From Candidatus Cloacimonadota bacterium (GTDB lineage Bacteria > Cloacimonadota > Cloacimonadia > Cloacimonadales > Cloacimonadaceae): a stretch of DNA of 64,000 nt. Below, piece after piece: positions 17,093 through 26,413 of this stretch. Each line of letters starts with the position of its first letter. The first letter of the stretch is position 1. The notes under the pieces were generated by a model. It ran no database searches, had not been told where the DNA came from, and worked only from the letters and a program-made list of their open reading frames with translations. Position numbers and translations under genes: made by a program. The stretch lies in the NCBI GenBank assembly GCA_012516855.1, contig JAAYWB010000059.1:2581-66580 (forward strand), read 5' to 3'.

Positions 17093-19966
17093 TTATTCCA
17101 CCGGCAGGAAATTGAGGAAGGCGTTGATGCCCAGGGTGGAGATGACGGTGCCGATCAGCACACTGATGACGATGAGGATCTTGAAATAGTCCTGGGCTTT
17201 GAGCATGGCCACCAGTTCCAGGTTTCGGGAAAGGTAGGCCGAAGCGGCATAAAACTCTTCACCGATGAGGGTATAATCGCAGGTGGTGATGAAGAACGGG
17301 ATTTGGGTGATGGCGTCGGAACCGGCAATTTGGATGGCGCCGCTCTGGTTGCCGGTTTCTGTCATCAGCAGGGCTTCCGCGTAGAAATAGCCCATGTAGA
17401 AGATGGTGGCAACCTTTTCGCGGACGGTGATGCCATTCACGGCCGCGCAGAAAGCGAACTGGGTGTCTGAAACGAAGAAGATGTCGTCCTGGTTGTAGGC
17501 GTCGGGCCGGCCGGCTTCGTTGTAGGCGGTCAGCACCATTTCCTGGGCCAGCGGGAGCACCAGATAGTCCACCTGGGGTGAGATGAGCCGGATGTCGTAT
17601 TCCGCGGTTTTGCCGCCGATCTTGTTGAGGATCATCATGGCCGAGATAGTGCAGGGGTCGCCCAGGGTGCCCCAGCCGGGCACAAACATCACGGGACGGC
17701 CCATTTCGGTGGCGCGGCCCACGGCGTTGTCCAGCTCTTCCAAACCTGCGATGGGACGGATGTAGAGGTCCTTGCGCCTGGCCTGGAAGATGGCGTAAAC
17801 CACCATCAGGCCAAGGATGATGGAGGCGATCAGGGTGGCCAGTTTGGTTTTGTCGAACCACTCCCCTTTCGGGTGCAGCGGAGTTTCGATCCCCGGTCCG
17901 GTGGGCTTGAGTTCAGGCTGGTCGGTCTCATCGGCCCAGAGGCCTTTGCCGTTGGTGGCCAGCATCTTATATTGGTAGGCGCGGGAATTGCGGTCCAGCT
18001 CATTCAGCATAACGCGGCGCCAGGCTTTGTCGCTGCCGGCTTTAACGCCGGCGAGATAGGCCGGATGTCCTTTGATGTAAGCCAGTTCAGCCTCGCTGGC
18101 CTGAAGTTCCTGCGCCTTTTCCGAAAGCGAATCGCCCGGGGCCACGGTCTGTTTCAGCTTGGCGATGCTGGCGGCCAGGTCTTTCAGATAATCCTCCGTG
18201 TCCTTTTTATAGAGGCTGGGGGACAAAGCCACGCCGGAAGCGGGGTCCACGGCCACAGTGAAATGCGGGTCCGTGAGCACCAGGCCGGTTTTGGGGTCAA
18301 CCTTGCTGATCAGCGGATTCTGGGTATCCACGTAGGGCACCAGATGCTCATAAAAACGGCTCAGGGCACCGATACGCATGCCAGGGCTGTATGATCCGCT
18401 CAGGTTGTTTTTGCTGAAAATGTCGTAGTAAAGGTGGTTCAATTCCTGCCCGGCACTGGTGACCTTGCCTCCGTTGAAACGGAAGGCCTGGGGATCGTAG
18501 TTCACCTGCTGGCTGATGGGCGGGCCGGGGAAATTCTTTTCGCCCTGAATTTCGGTGAAAACCTCCACATTGAAGCCAATCTCGGGATTCCTGCCCTTGG
18601 GGAATTTCACGCGGATGATCTTGTCCGGATAGCTTTCTCTCACTTCATTCAAAACCTTGCCATCGGCATCTAGGAAGCGGAGCTTGAGCCTGGAAACCTT
18701 TTGATGGCCATTTTCGGCGATTTCATAGTTCACCCGCAGCCTGGTTCTGGCCTTGTTCAGCCAGGAAGCCTGGGTAACGAAGGCGAAGGGGCGGCCGAAG
18801 GAAAAGATGATGTTGTCGCCCTTGTCATAAACTTTTTCCACGACCTGGTAATCAGGCAGCTTGGGCAGGTCCGCCGAGCTTTTTATCTGCAGCTTTTCAC
18901 CCAGGGACGCGGCCTGGAAGGATTCCTGGCGGAGGCCGTCCTCCGACGACCAGTAATTGGCATAGGTGAGAACCGGCACCCAGTTGACCAGTTCCTCCGG
19001 GGAAGGAATGTTTGTCCCGGCCTCGGTGAGGTCCACTTTGTCGTAAAAGCTTTGGGACCAATAGTCAGGCTCCATCTGGTGCACGAGGATCGAGCCTCTT
19101 TGCCAGTTGGCGATGAACACGCTGTCCGGAGCGGCGGCGTTGGCTATTTGGTCCTCGCGGAACTGGGGCAGCAGGCTGCGGGGCATCAGCCAGGCTTCCC
19201 AGGCCACGATGTTGTTGCTACCCAAAGGCGGTGACCACTCGAAGCGAAGTTCGTTCCTATCAGTCAGATAGGAGGTGTGCAGCACCGCGGTGGAATCGGG
19301 ACGGTTGTTCACCGGCACCACTTTCCGCACCGGGGTGGCAGGCAGGAACCTGCCCGTTTCGGTAACGGGAACCACGCAGTAGTAATAGCTGTGTTCAGCC
19401 TTGGGATTGGCATAGAGGTTGTTGAACTGGTTAAGCCGGTAGCCGGCGTAGATTTCTTTGGAATCACCCTGGCCAATTTCCACGCGTTTGGAGCTGTTGT
19501 AGTATTTGGAAGCTTTGATATCGCCGATGACATCGTAGTGTTTGAGCATTTCGCCCAGGATCTTGGCATCCCGGGGCACACCTTTGTAAAGCGTACCTTC
19601 GGCAACCTGCTGCTTTTCCTTTTTCAGCCTTCCAGGGGCTGTCTCAAACTCGATGAGGGGATTGAAGCTTTTGTCCTCGAAATTGAGCCAATTGCCTGAC
19701 GCACCGGCTTTGGGGTCAGCTTCCTGGGTGGATAGAAGAAAAAGGCTGTCCGGGCTGACGCCGCGGTAGATGTTGTATTGGATGATCCTGTGTTCGCCGC
19801 CAAGGGGCTTCCATTTCAGTAAAACGCCGGAGCCGTCGTCGTGCGGCATGTCGAGGGCGAGAAACTCTTCTATCTGTGCTGCCCTGGTGTCACCGCCCGA
19901 GCAGGCGGTGAGGAGCAACGCTGCCGCCAAAAGCAGCAGCAGTCCAAGCTTTATGATTTTATTCAT
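17093..19966 (-). CDS. Giant lipoprotein B (957 aa): FN3-like N-terminus, long ectodomain, TM, conserved ~230-aa C-terminal domain, terminal TM; function unknown
   Basis: Lipobox LLTACS. Paralogue of the 22530..25568 product. Identical stretch QIAGSDAITQIPFFITTCDYTLIGEE in the C-terminal domain. Confidence 0.85.
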   Translation of the reverse strand: MNKIIKLGLLLLLAAALLLTACSGGDTRAAQIEEFLALDMPHDDGSGVLLKWKPLGGEHRIIQYNIYRGVSPDSLFLLSTQEADPKAGASGNWLNFEDKSFNPLIEFETAPGRLKKEKQQVAEGTLYKGVPRDAKILGEMLKHYDVIGDIKASKYYNSSKRVEIGQGDSKEIYAGYRLNQFNNLYANPKAEHSYYYCVVPVTETGRFLPATPVRKVVPVNNRPDSTAVLHTSYLTDRNELRFEWSPPLGSNNIVAWEAWLMPRSLLPQFREDQIANAAAPDSVFIANWQRGSILVHQMEPDYWSQSFYDKVDLTEAGTNIPSPEELVNWVPVLTYANYWSSEDGLRQESFQAASLGEKLQIKSSADLPKLPDYQVVEKVYDKGDNIIFSFGRPFAFVTQASWLNKARTRLRVNYEIAENGHQKVSRLKLRFLDADGKVLNEVRESYPDKIIRVKFPKGRNPEIGFNVEVFTEIQGEKNFPGPPISQQVNYDPQAFRFNGGKVTSAGQELNHLYYDIFSKNNLSGSYSPGMRIGALSRFYEHLVPYVDTQNPLISKVDPKTGLVLTDPHFTVAVDPASGVALSPSLYKKDTEDYLKDLAASIAKLKQTVAPGDSLSEKAQELQASEAELAYIKGHPAYLAGVKAGSDKAWRRVMLNELDRNSRAYQYKMLATNGKGLWADETDQPELKPTGPGIETPLHPKGEWFDKTKLATLIASIILGLMVVYAIFQARRKDLYIRPIAGLEELDNAVGRATEMGRPVMFVPGWGTLGDPCTISAMMILNKIGGKTAEYDIRLISPQVDYLVLPLAQEMVLTAYNEAGRPDAYNQDDIFFVSDTQFAFCAAVNGITVREKVATIFYMGYFYAEALLMTETGNQSGAIQIAGSDAITQIPFFITTCDYTLIGEEFYAASAYLSRNLELVAMLKAQDYFKILIVISVLIGTVISTLGINAFLNFLPVE

Positions 19967-20064
19967 GCGTTCTTCCCATGGGCCTTGCCCACCGGTTCAA
20001 GTTAAAACTAACAAGGAGGGGAAGCCCGGTTAAGCTTCCCCCATGTTTATAAACGCTGATCCGG

Positions 20065-20682
20065 TCAGCCGGCGATGGCCTGTTTGATGGCCATGAAGAC
20101 GTCATTTACCAGGAACTGGATACGTCCGATCAGAAGCGAAATACGAGCCATCACAGTGAGGCCGAAGGAAGCGCCGAAGCCCACCATCATGAACCATTTG
20201 CCGATGCTCACGAATTTTCCGTAAACCCCGGTGTGGGCTTTGGAAAAGAAGAAATAGAGCAGCACGGCAATCGTTCCGATGAAGATCAGGGCCAGGTTCA
20301 CGTTCTCGATCGGCACCATGGCCTGGCGCATCTGCACCAGGATGCTGTTGTGCATGGCCAGCGCGACGGAAGCGCCCACACCCATCATCGAAAAAGCGAT
20401 GGGATAGCGCGACAGCCAGCTGAGTTTGCGGGAAAAACGCAGCAGGTAGAACATACCGATGATGCTTGGTATGATCAGTATCCACTCGTGTTTGAGGAAG
20501 ATGGGCTGGTAGAAATAGGGGATGAACACCCTTTCATAGGTGAGCACCAGCGAATAGCCCAGCGATATTCCCACTAGAAGCTGTTCGGACATCTGATAGA
20601 AAGGGTTGTCCTTGTAAAGGAAGGAGAAGATACAGAGGGTGAAAAAGGCACCCACAAGGTTGCTAAAGAGTTCAAATGTCAT
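20065..20682 (-). CDS. Polytopic inner-membrane protein (205 aa), paralogue of 21891..22517 product; function unknown
   Basis: Hydrophobic throughout, with about 5-6 helices. The C-terminus MMVGFGASFGLTVMARISLLIGRI resembles that of the 208-aa protein. Confidence 0.75.
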   Translation of the reverse strand: MTFELFSNLVGAFFTLCIFSFLYKDNPFYQMSEQLLVGISLGYSLVLTYERVFIPYFYQPIFLKHEWILIIPSIIGMFYLLRFSRKLSWLSRYPIAFSMMGVGASVALAMHNSILVQMRQAMVPIENVNLALIFIGTIAVLLYFFFSKAHTGVYGKFVSIGKWFMMVGFGASFGLTVMARISLLIGRIQFLVNDVFMAIKQAIAG

Positions 20683-20694
20683 TTTTTCCTCCCT

Positions 20695-21888
20695 TTATTG
20701 TTTGCGGAGACGGGCTTTCTGGATGAAGTAGCCGATGTTTCCGATCAGGATGAACACGATGATCATGATGTGGGCTACGGATTGGGCGTTCATGCCGATG
20801 CGGGCGACCTTGAACTTGTAGATGGTGTTGCGGGTCATGCGGTTCAGGGCATCCCAGGTGGTGGGGGCAAAATCGTTTTCTTCAAGGTCGCTTACGTCGA
20901 TCACGATCTTGCCGTCGGCTTCTTGTTTCGCCTGAGTCAGCTTAGCGCGGTCCTCCTCAGGATAGTTCTCCACGAATTTCTGAAACTCTTCCGGGGTGAA
21001 CTTGGCCTGGGTCTGGGTGGTGATTTTAACCAAATCCTGCACCTCGGGTTTTTCCAGAATGTCGTCGCTGAAAGAACGGCCGGGCAGTATTTTATTGCCT
21101 TCTTCGTCGGTGTAGGGGTGCATCACGTCGCCGGGAGCGCGGTAGGCGGCAAAGACTTCCACCAGTTTTTCATATTCGGCGGCGCCCTTCAAGCCTGCCA
21201 GCATGCCGATGAACTGGCCGGTCTGCAGGTAGGGATATTCATCAGCGGCCATCACGGCGGTAACGCCCACCGCGATGTTGGTGCCGAATTTGGGACGGGC
21301 GTAGGTGAGCCAGTAGCCACCTGCGACGGAGCCGGAAAACTCAATCACCAGGTTCATTTCCGTGTAGTTGTTAATGCCTTTCATGATAGGTAGGTTTTCC
21401 ACCTTGCGGCCCTCGGCATCGGTGGGAACCGCGGTGGCGATGTTGTCGCCCATACCGATGATGGTTGGCATGATGAGGGCGGCGGGGATGTAGCCGAAGT
21501 TGCAGTAGTCGGTGCCGCTCTTGATGTTCGGATACTCTTCCTTTACGGTGTTGATGGCCATGTCGATGATGGGCGCGCCGGTGGGCAGGAAGGAAAGGAA
21601 AAACACCTTCACGTTGCGCTCGAAGCAGTGGCGCAGAATGGCTATCTGCATGGGATAGAGTTCCGGCATGGTGGAGGCGTCATGGTAAAAGCTCATCAGG
21701 ATGGCGCGGTCTTCGCGTCCGGCGAAGGAATCGACCATCTGATACACGTTTTCCGTGGGCGGAGAGGTCACGTTGTCCGAATTATAGGGTAACATCAAAG
21801 GAATGATGATAGCCAGGGCGACAACGATGTAGATCCAGCGGCGGTCAAGCTTTTGCAGACGTTCGAAGAAGTTCAGTTTTTCTGTCAT
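20695..21888 (-). CDS. TM - soluble domain - TM protein (397 aa), central gene of the cluster; function unknown
   Basis: ATG at 21888 follows GGAGGTG; the track start at 21894 is a TTG. N-terminal TM (WIYIVVALAIIIPLML) and C-terminal TM (VAHIMIIVFILIGNIGYF). Motif order is loosely similar to the C-terminal domain of the giant proteins. Confidence 0.8.
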   Translation of the reverse strand: MTEKLNFFERLQKLDRRWIYIVVALAIIIPLMLPYNSDNVTSPPTENVYQMVDSFAGREDRAILMSFYHDASTMPELYPMQIAILRHCFERNVKVFFLSFLPTGAPIIDMAINTVKEEYPNIKSGTDYCNFGYIPAALIMPTIIGMGDNIATAVPTDAEGRKVENLPIMKGINNYTEMNLVIEFSGSVAGGYWLTYARPKFGTNIAVGVTAVMAADEYPYLQTGQFIGMLAGLKGAAEYEKLVEVFAAYRAPGDVMHPYTDEEGNKILPGRSFSDDILEKPEVQDLVKITTQTQAKFTPEEFQKFVENYPEEDRAKLTQAKQEADGKIVIDVSDLEENDFAPTTWDALNRMTRNTIYKFKVARIGMNAQSVAHIMIIVFILIGNIGYFIQKARLRKQ

Positions 21889-21890
21889 GA

Positions 21891-22517
21891 TCAATCACCT
21901 CCCAGGTAGGAACGTTCAATTCCCAGCAGGAGCTTCAGGGTGGTGGCTACGCTGCCGAGGCCAACGCCAAGCATGATCCCGCGTTTGGAGGCCAGGTTCG
22001 GCACGTCAAGGATCCATTGAGAAATATCCGGCAAGAATTTGCTGATCTTAACTCCCAGCGGCACCTGGGCCAGCATCACCACTATGGCCGCCACCAGCAG
22101 CACGGTGGCTTCAGGAGATCTGGCGCGGAAGGCCTTGTAAGCCGCGGAGGCCATGTAAAAGGCCAGCAGCGAGAACATTGTGGCGCTCATCGGCATCTGC
22201 ATGTTTTCGAACAGCCACATGTAGAGCCCGCCTTTCTGGGTTCCGCCGATAAATCCGGCCAGCGAAGTGACGATGAATCCGGCGAAGAAAAAGAAGCTGT
22301 ACTGCCACTTGGGAGCTTTGCGTGTGATCTTACCATAGTGCATCATGGAAAGGCTCATCACGCCCAGCAGCATGCCGAAAGGCGCCATTGCCCGTGCCCA
22401 GGGAACGTAAAACTCGTAGTAGAAAACATCCTGCAGCAGCCTGTGGGGCACGAACACCCAGGCTAGCCAGATGAATCCTCCGATTATCACTATCAACAGG
22501 GGAATTGTCTTCTTCAT
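21891..22517 (-). CDS. Polytopic inner-membrane protein (208 aa), paralogue of 20065..20682 product; function unknown
   Basis: About 6 hydrophobic helices. C-terminus GIMLGVGLGSVATTLKLLLGIERS. Starts 12 nt after the upstream gene's stop. Confidence 0.75.
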   Translation of the reverse strand: MKKTIPLLIVIIGGFIWLAWVFVPHRLLQDVFYYEFYVPWARAMAPFGMLLGVMSLSMMHYGKITRKAPKWQYSFFFFAGFIVTSLAGFIGGTQKGGLYMWLFENMQMPMSATMFSLLAFYMASAAYKAFRARSPEATVLLVAAIVVMLAQVPLGVKISKFLPDISQWILDVPNLASKRGIMLGVGLGSVATTLKLLLGIERSYLGGD

Positions 22518-22529
22518 CTAAGACCTCTT

Positions 22530-25500
22530 TTATTTTAAGGGGAAAGCTTGCATTATGCCAGTCAGCTGGAATGTAGCCGTTAAAGCGCCAACTATCACAA
22601 AAACCAGGATCAGGAACTTGAAGTAGTCCTGGGCTTTGAGGGTTCCCAGCAGCATCGGTTCACGGTTCAGATAGGCGGAGGCAGCGTAAAGCTCTTCTCC
22701 GATGAGAGTGTAGTCGCAAGTGGTGATAAAGAACGGGATCTGGGTGATGGCATCCGAGCCGGCGATCTGCACGGCTCCGACGGCGTTACCCGTTTCCGTC
22801 ATCAGCAGAGCTTCGGCGGCGAAATAACCCATGAAGAAGTTGGTAGCCATCTTCTCACGGATCATAATGCCGTTCACTCCCGCCACATAGGCGAACTGCA
22901 CGGAGGTGAGGTAGAAAACGTTGTTTTTGTCATAGCTGTCCGGGCGCCCCACCGCGTAGTGAGCTTCCCGTACGATTTCCTGGGCGATGGGCATCACGAT
23001 GTAGTCGTAGCAGGGAACTATCAGTTTAGTGTCATATTCAGCGGCCTTTTTGGCAACCAAACTCAGGATGCCCATGGAAGCAAGGGTCGCCACGTCCGAA
23101 AGCCCGCCGTTGCCCATGCAGTAAAGCATTGGGCGTCCCATTTCGGTGGCGCGGCCGATGGCGTTGTCGATCTCCTGCAAACCGGCAATGGGACGCATAT
23201 AGAGGTCTTTGCCCTTCTTGGCCAGATTCACAAACACCACTACCATGATCCCGAAGATGAGCACCGCAAATAGGGTGATGAGCTTGTTCCAGTCGAACCA
23301 GTTGGAGATCGGCGCGTAGTTTACATACTCCCCGGTCTTGAGGGTGTCCGGTGCCGTTTCGGAGAAAAGGCCTTCGCCGTTGGTTCTCACGATCATGTAG
23401 CTGTGCTGGCGTGATTCCGGCTCACGGATGGAGGACACCAGGCGCATCAGCCCACGGTCGTTTTTCTGCTTCAGGGCTTCCTGGAAAAGCTTGTTGCTGC
23501 TGTAGGCTTTGACCTTTTCCTCCAGGCCTTCCACCTTTTGGGTGAGGCGGGCGACAGCGCCCTGATAGACCATAGCGGTTTCTGGCACTTTGGCTTGGGC
23601 CAGGGAATCTCCACAGGCGGCAAGTTCTTTTTTGGCGTCGTCCAGATCGGTCTTCAGATTACCGATTATCTTCTTCGCCTCGTCCAGATAGATGCTGGTA
23701 TTCAGTGTGGTTTTGCTTTCCTGGTCGTAGGTGAAATCGATTTCAGAGGAGACCAGAGCGAGGTCGCGGGCTTTTTCTCCTGCCGCCAGTTTGCGGGAGA
23801 AACGTTTCCCATCCATATATGTATATAATGAATCGCCTTTAACAAAGTTGAATCCGGCGATGGGTTTGGTTACTGTGGATATGTAGCCGATGGTCACGTC
23901 GAGGTTGTTTTCGTAGGAGGTGCTGCTCTTCACCAGACTGTAGGTAGAACTCCTGTATCCTTTGCGGTAAACCACATTTTGCACCTGGGAGACGTCAACG
24001 CCGTTCAGATACAGCCCCCGCGTTGGCATGTAGGCCATCATGGCGGGGTCCGGTTTGATGTATTGCACCATCGTGTAATCTTTGAGCAGCTCTTTTTTGC
24101 CGTAGGTGATGCGGCCGTTTTGGGGATTTATCTTGTAGGGCTTCACGGCCATGGTGATTTTCACTTGCAGACTGTCTTCGGGAACTTTCCCGCCGTTTTT
24201 CAGGGAGTATTTTTTGGGAATGTTCACATAGATGATGTTGTCTTGGTGAAATTCGTTTACCTTGGCAAAGGCAGTGTCTTTGCCCGGCTCGAAGAACTCG
24301 AAATAGATGTTACTGATATTCTGATTGTCGGTCTTGTTCACCTGGTAGTTTACTTTCAGCCTGGTGCCGTCTTTTTTCAGCGAGGATGTTTTGGTGATTG
24401 AGACCACAGGGTCCTGCCAGGTTACGGTGATGCGGTCGCCTTTGTCCATGGGTTTGTCTTCCACCCGGAATTTGGCGATTTGCGGCAGCGCGCTGCTTTT
24501 CACCCTTTTGGGCGAAGCTGGCAGGCTCAGCGGAGACTGGTTCATGCTGTAATCCATGAAGCGGATGCTGAAGCGGCTCTGGCTGGCCTGTTCCCAGCTC
24601 AAACCGGGCGCTGCCTGGCTGAGTTCTTCCTCAGTGACCACGCAGTTGTTTTTCAGCGAACCGCTGCCAACTCCGCCTCCGGCAATTTTCACCGCCGTCC
24701 CGGCCACAGCCTCCTGTTGTTCCGCGCTCATCATTTTCCAGGCGGAATCCGGCAGGGCTGGAACCATGTAGATGGAATAGGCTGCCAAATCGTCGTGGTT
24801 GAGGGGATATTCCCACTCGAACTGCAGTGTGAGATTGTCCTCAACAGCCGCGGCGAACAGACCGGGTGAGGCTTCCGGAGCGTCGTCAATCGGCGTTCCG
24901 GCCACGGGTTTCGCGATACCCAGATACTGGTTGCGTTCGTTAACGGGTACCACGGTATAGTAGTAATCAACTGGCTTTTCCCCGGGCTGAGCGCTCTTCA
25001 GCGAAGCCAGAATGGTCTGCTGGTTAAATCTCAAGCCGGCATAGATGTTCTCGTCTTCCTTGTCTGCCGATCTGGCCTTGACGGTCTTGTAATAATAATC
25101 TCCGTCTTCGATCTGGGAGAGCAGGGAAAAGCTTTCGCTCAACCGCGCGACAAGCTCTGTATCCCGCGGAACACCCCGGTAGAGGTTGCTGCCGGGGGCA
25201 CCTTTCTCGTGTTTTAACTTGCCGGGGGAATCCAGGCTTACGAAGCTGCTGTAACCGCTGTCGTAATAAAGCATTTCATCGGTGGCCACGCCGGTCTTCA
25301 CGTTCACCTGCACCGAGGTCAGGAAGAACAAGGTGTCCGGATGAACACCCCTGTAAATACGGTATTCCTGCACCCTTTTGTCTTTGGGCAGGGGTTTCCA
25401 GCTAAGCATCAAGCCGTCGCCGCCGTCGTTGGGGATGTCTTTCACCTGAAGGTTTTCCACCACCAGTTTCTTCAATTTGGCCTGTTCCTGCCCGCTCGGT

Positions 25501-25568
25501 CTGCTGCACCCGAAAGCAAGCAAGCCGGTCAGCAAAATCAGGATGAAGAGACGTATGTACAACTTCAT
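22530..25568 (-). CDS. Giant lipoprotein A (1012 aa): FN3-like N-terminus, long ectodomain with coiled-coil-like stretch, TM, conserved C-terminal domain, terminal TM; function unknown
   Basis: Lipobox LAFGCS. Motifs shared with the 957-aa paralogue: P.D.G.G..L.WKPL...Y.IYRGV.PD.LF, LY(R/K)GVPRD, IYAG.R.NQ, YYY.VVPV.E, and RPIAGL.E.DNA.GRATEMGRP. Confidence 0.85.
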   Translation of the reverse strand: MKLYIRLFILILLTGLLAFGCSRPSGQEQAKLKKLVVENLQVKDIPNDGGDGLMLSWKPLPKDKRVQEYRIYRGVHPDTLFFLTSVQVNVKTGVATDEMLYYDSGYSSFVSLDSPGKLKHEKGAPGSNLYRGVPRDTELVARLSESFSLLSQIEDGDYYYKTVKARSADKEDENIYAGLRFNQQTILASLKSAQPGEKPVDYYYTVVPVNERNQYLGIAKPVAGTPIDDAPEASPGLFAAAVEDNLTLQFEWEYPLNHDDLAAYSIYMVPALPDSAWKMMSAEQQEAVAGTAVKIAGGGVGSGSLKNNCVVTEEELSQAAPGLSWEQASQSRFSIRFMDYSMNQSPLSLPASPKRVKSSALPQIAKFRVEDKPMDKGDRITVTWQDPVVSITKTSSLKKDGTRLKVNYQVNKTDNQNISNIYFEFFEPGKDTAFAKVNEFHQDNIIYVNIPKKYSLKNGGKVPEDSLQVKITMAVKPYKINPQNGRITYGKKELLKDYTMVQYIKPDPAMMAYMPTRGLYLNGVDVSQVQNVVYRKGYRSSTYSLVKSSTSYENNLDVTIGYISTVTKPIAGFNFVKGDSLYTYMDGKRFSRKLAAGEKARDLALVSSEIDFTYDQESKTTLNTSIYLDEAKKIIGNLKTDLDDAKKELAACGDSLAQAKVPETAMVYQGAVARLTQKVEGLEEKVKAYSSNKLFQEALKQKNDRGLMRLVSSIREPESRQHSYMIVRTNGEGLFSETAPDTLKTGEYVNYAPISNWFDWNKLITLFAVLIFGIMVVVFVNLAKKGKDLYMRPIAGLQEIDNAIGRATEMGRPMLYCMGNGGLSDVATLASMGILSLVAKKAAEYDTKLIVPCYDYIVMPIAQEIVREAHYAVGRPDSYDKNNVFYLTSVQFAYVAGVNGIMIREKMATNFFMGYFAAEALLMTETGNAVGAVQIAGSDAITQIPFFITTCDYTLIGEELYAASAYLNREPMLLGTLKAQDYFKFLILVFVIVGALTATFQLTGIMQAFPLK

Positions 25569-25791
25569 ACGTTAACTCCTATGCTGTATTGAGTTTTTTC
25601 ATTAGGTTGCATCACGTCGAAACATGGGGATATTGTCAATCCTTTTTTACAAGCGGCTGGTTTTTAGGTGAGTTCGGTGGTTGGGGGTAAGTAGGCGCCC
25701 AGCACATATTTCCATAGTAAAAGTTTCCGAGGCAAGATATATTACAGCCGGGTTAAACAAATTCCGGAGCGGATTTCTGGGGCGGGGAAAG

Positions 25792-25868
25792 TGGTGGGTG
25801 ATACTGGATTCGAACCAGTGACCTCTACGATGTGAACGTAGCGCTCTAACCAGCTGAGCTAATCACCC
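25792..25868 (-). tRNA. tRNA-Val (anticodon CAC), CCA encoded
   Basis: Reverse complement is GGGTGATTAGCTCAGCTGGTTAGAGCGCTACGTTCACATCGTAGAGGTCACTGGTTCGAATCCAGTATCACCCACCA. It folds as a cloverleaf with anticodon loop TTCACAT. Confidence 0.95.
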
Positions 25869-25879
25869 CGGGCAGGAGG

Positions 25880-25957
<78 letters not shown>

Positions 25958-26062
25958 ATGTTAGGAATGCCATCCCAAAAAGAGGCGAGATTTTGTCAAT
26001 CAAATTCTGCCCGAACCGATGCCTTCCCACCCCGAAATCCTTTCCGGAAAAGGATGCGGTCT

Positions 26063-26293
26063 CTAACGCAGCCTGCCTGTCCAGGGATGGGACTTGCGCC
26101 AGCCAGCCTGAGAGCGGTAGGGAACGTAATAGACCAGCAAATCGGCTAAGGAGCGGTGCTTCACCACCTTTATCGTGAAATCCGCCTTGCTCTTGTATTT
26201 CTCAAAATACCAGATACCGTCCTTATCCCTGGCTTGGGAGCGGTATTCCGCCACCCTGACACAGAGGTCTGCCTGGCTTTTGTATTCGCAGAT
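26063..26293 (-). CDS. Small protein built of tandem (E/K)Y(K/R)S.AD-type repeats; start codon uncertain
   Basis: The track ORF starts at GTG 26254. The frame stays open upstream to an ATC at 26293, which lies 3 nt after a perfect AAGGAGG. Repeats: EYKSQADLCVRV / EYRSQARDKDGIWYF / EKYKSKADFTIKVV / KHRSLADLLVYYV / PYRSQAGW. This resembles small repeat proteins I recall from Bacteroidota. Confidence 0.4.
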   Translation of the reverse strand: MCEYKSQADLCVRVAEYRSQARDKDGIWYFEKYKSKADFTIKVVKHRSLADLLVYYVPYRSQAGWRKSHPWTGRLR

Positions 26294-26413
26294 GTTCCTC
26301 CTTGAGCATTTTCCAACTCGAAAACAGCATGGTTTCCGGCTTCATATTTGTCAATGCCATTTGTTTTTCAAGGATACGGAATCCAAATTGCATGCCATCA
26401 CAGAGTGGAGGAA

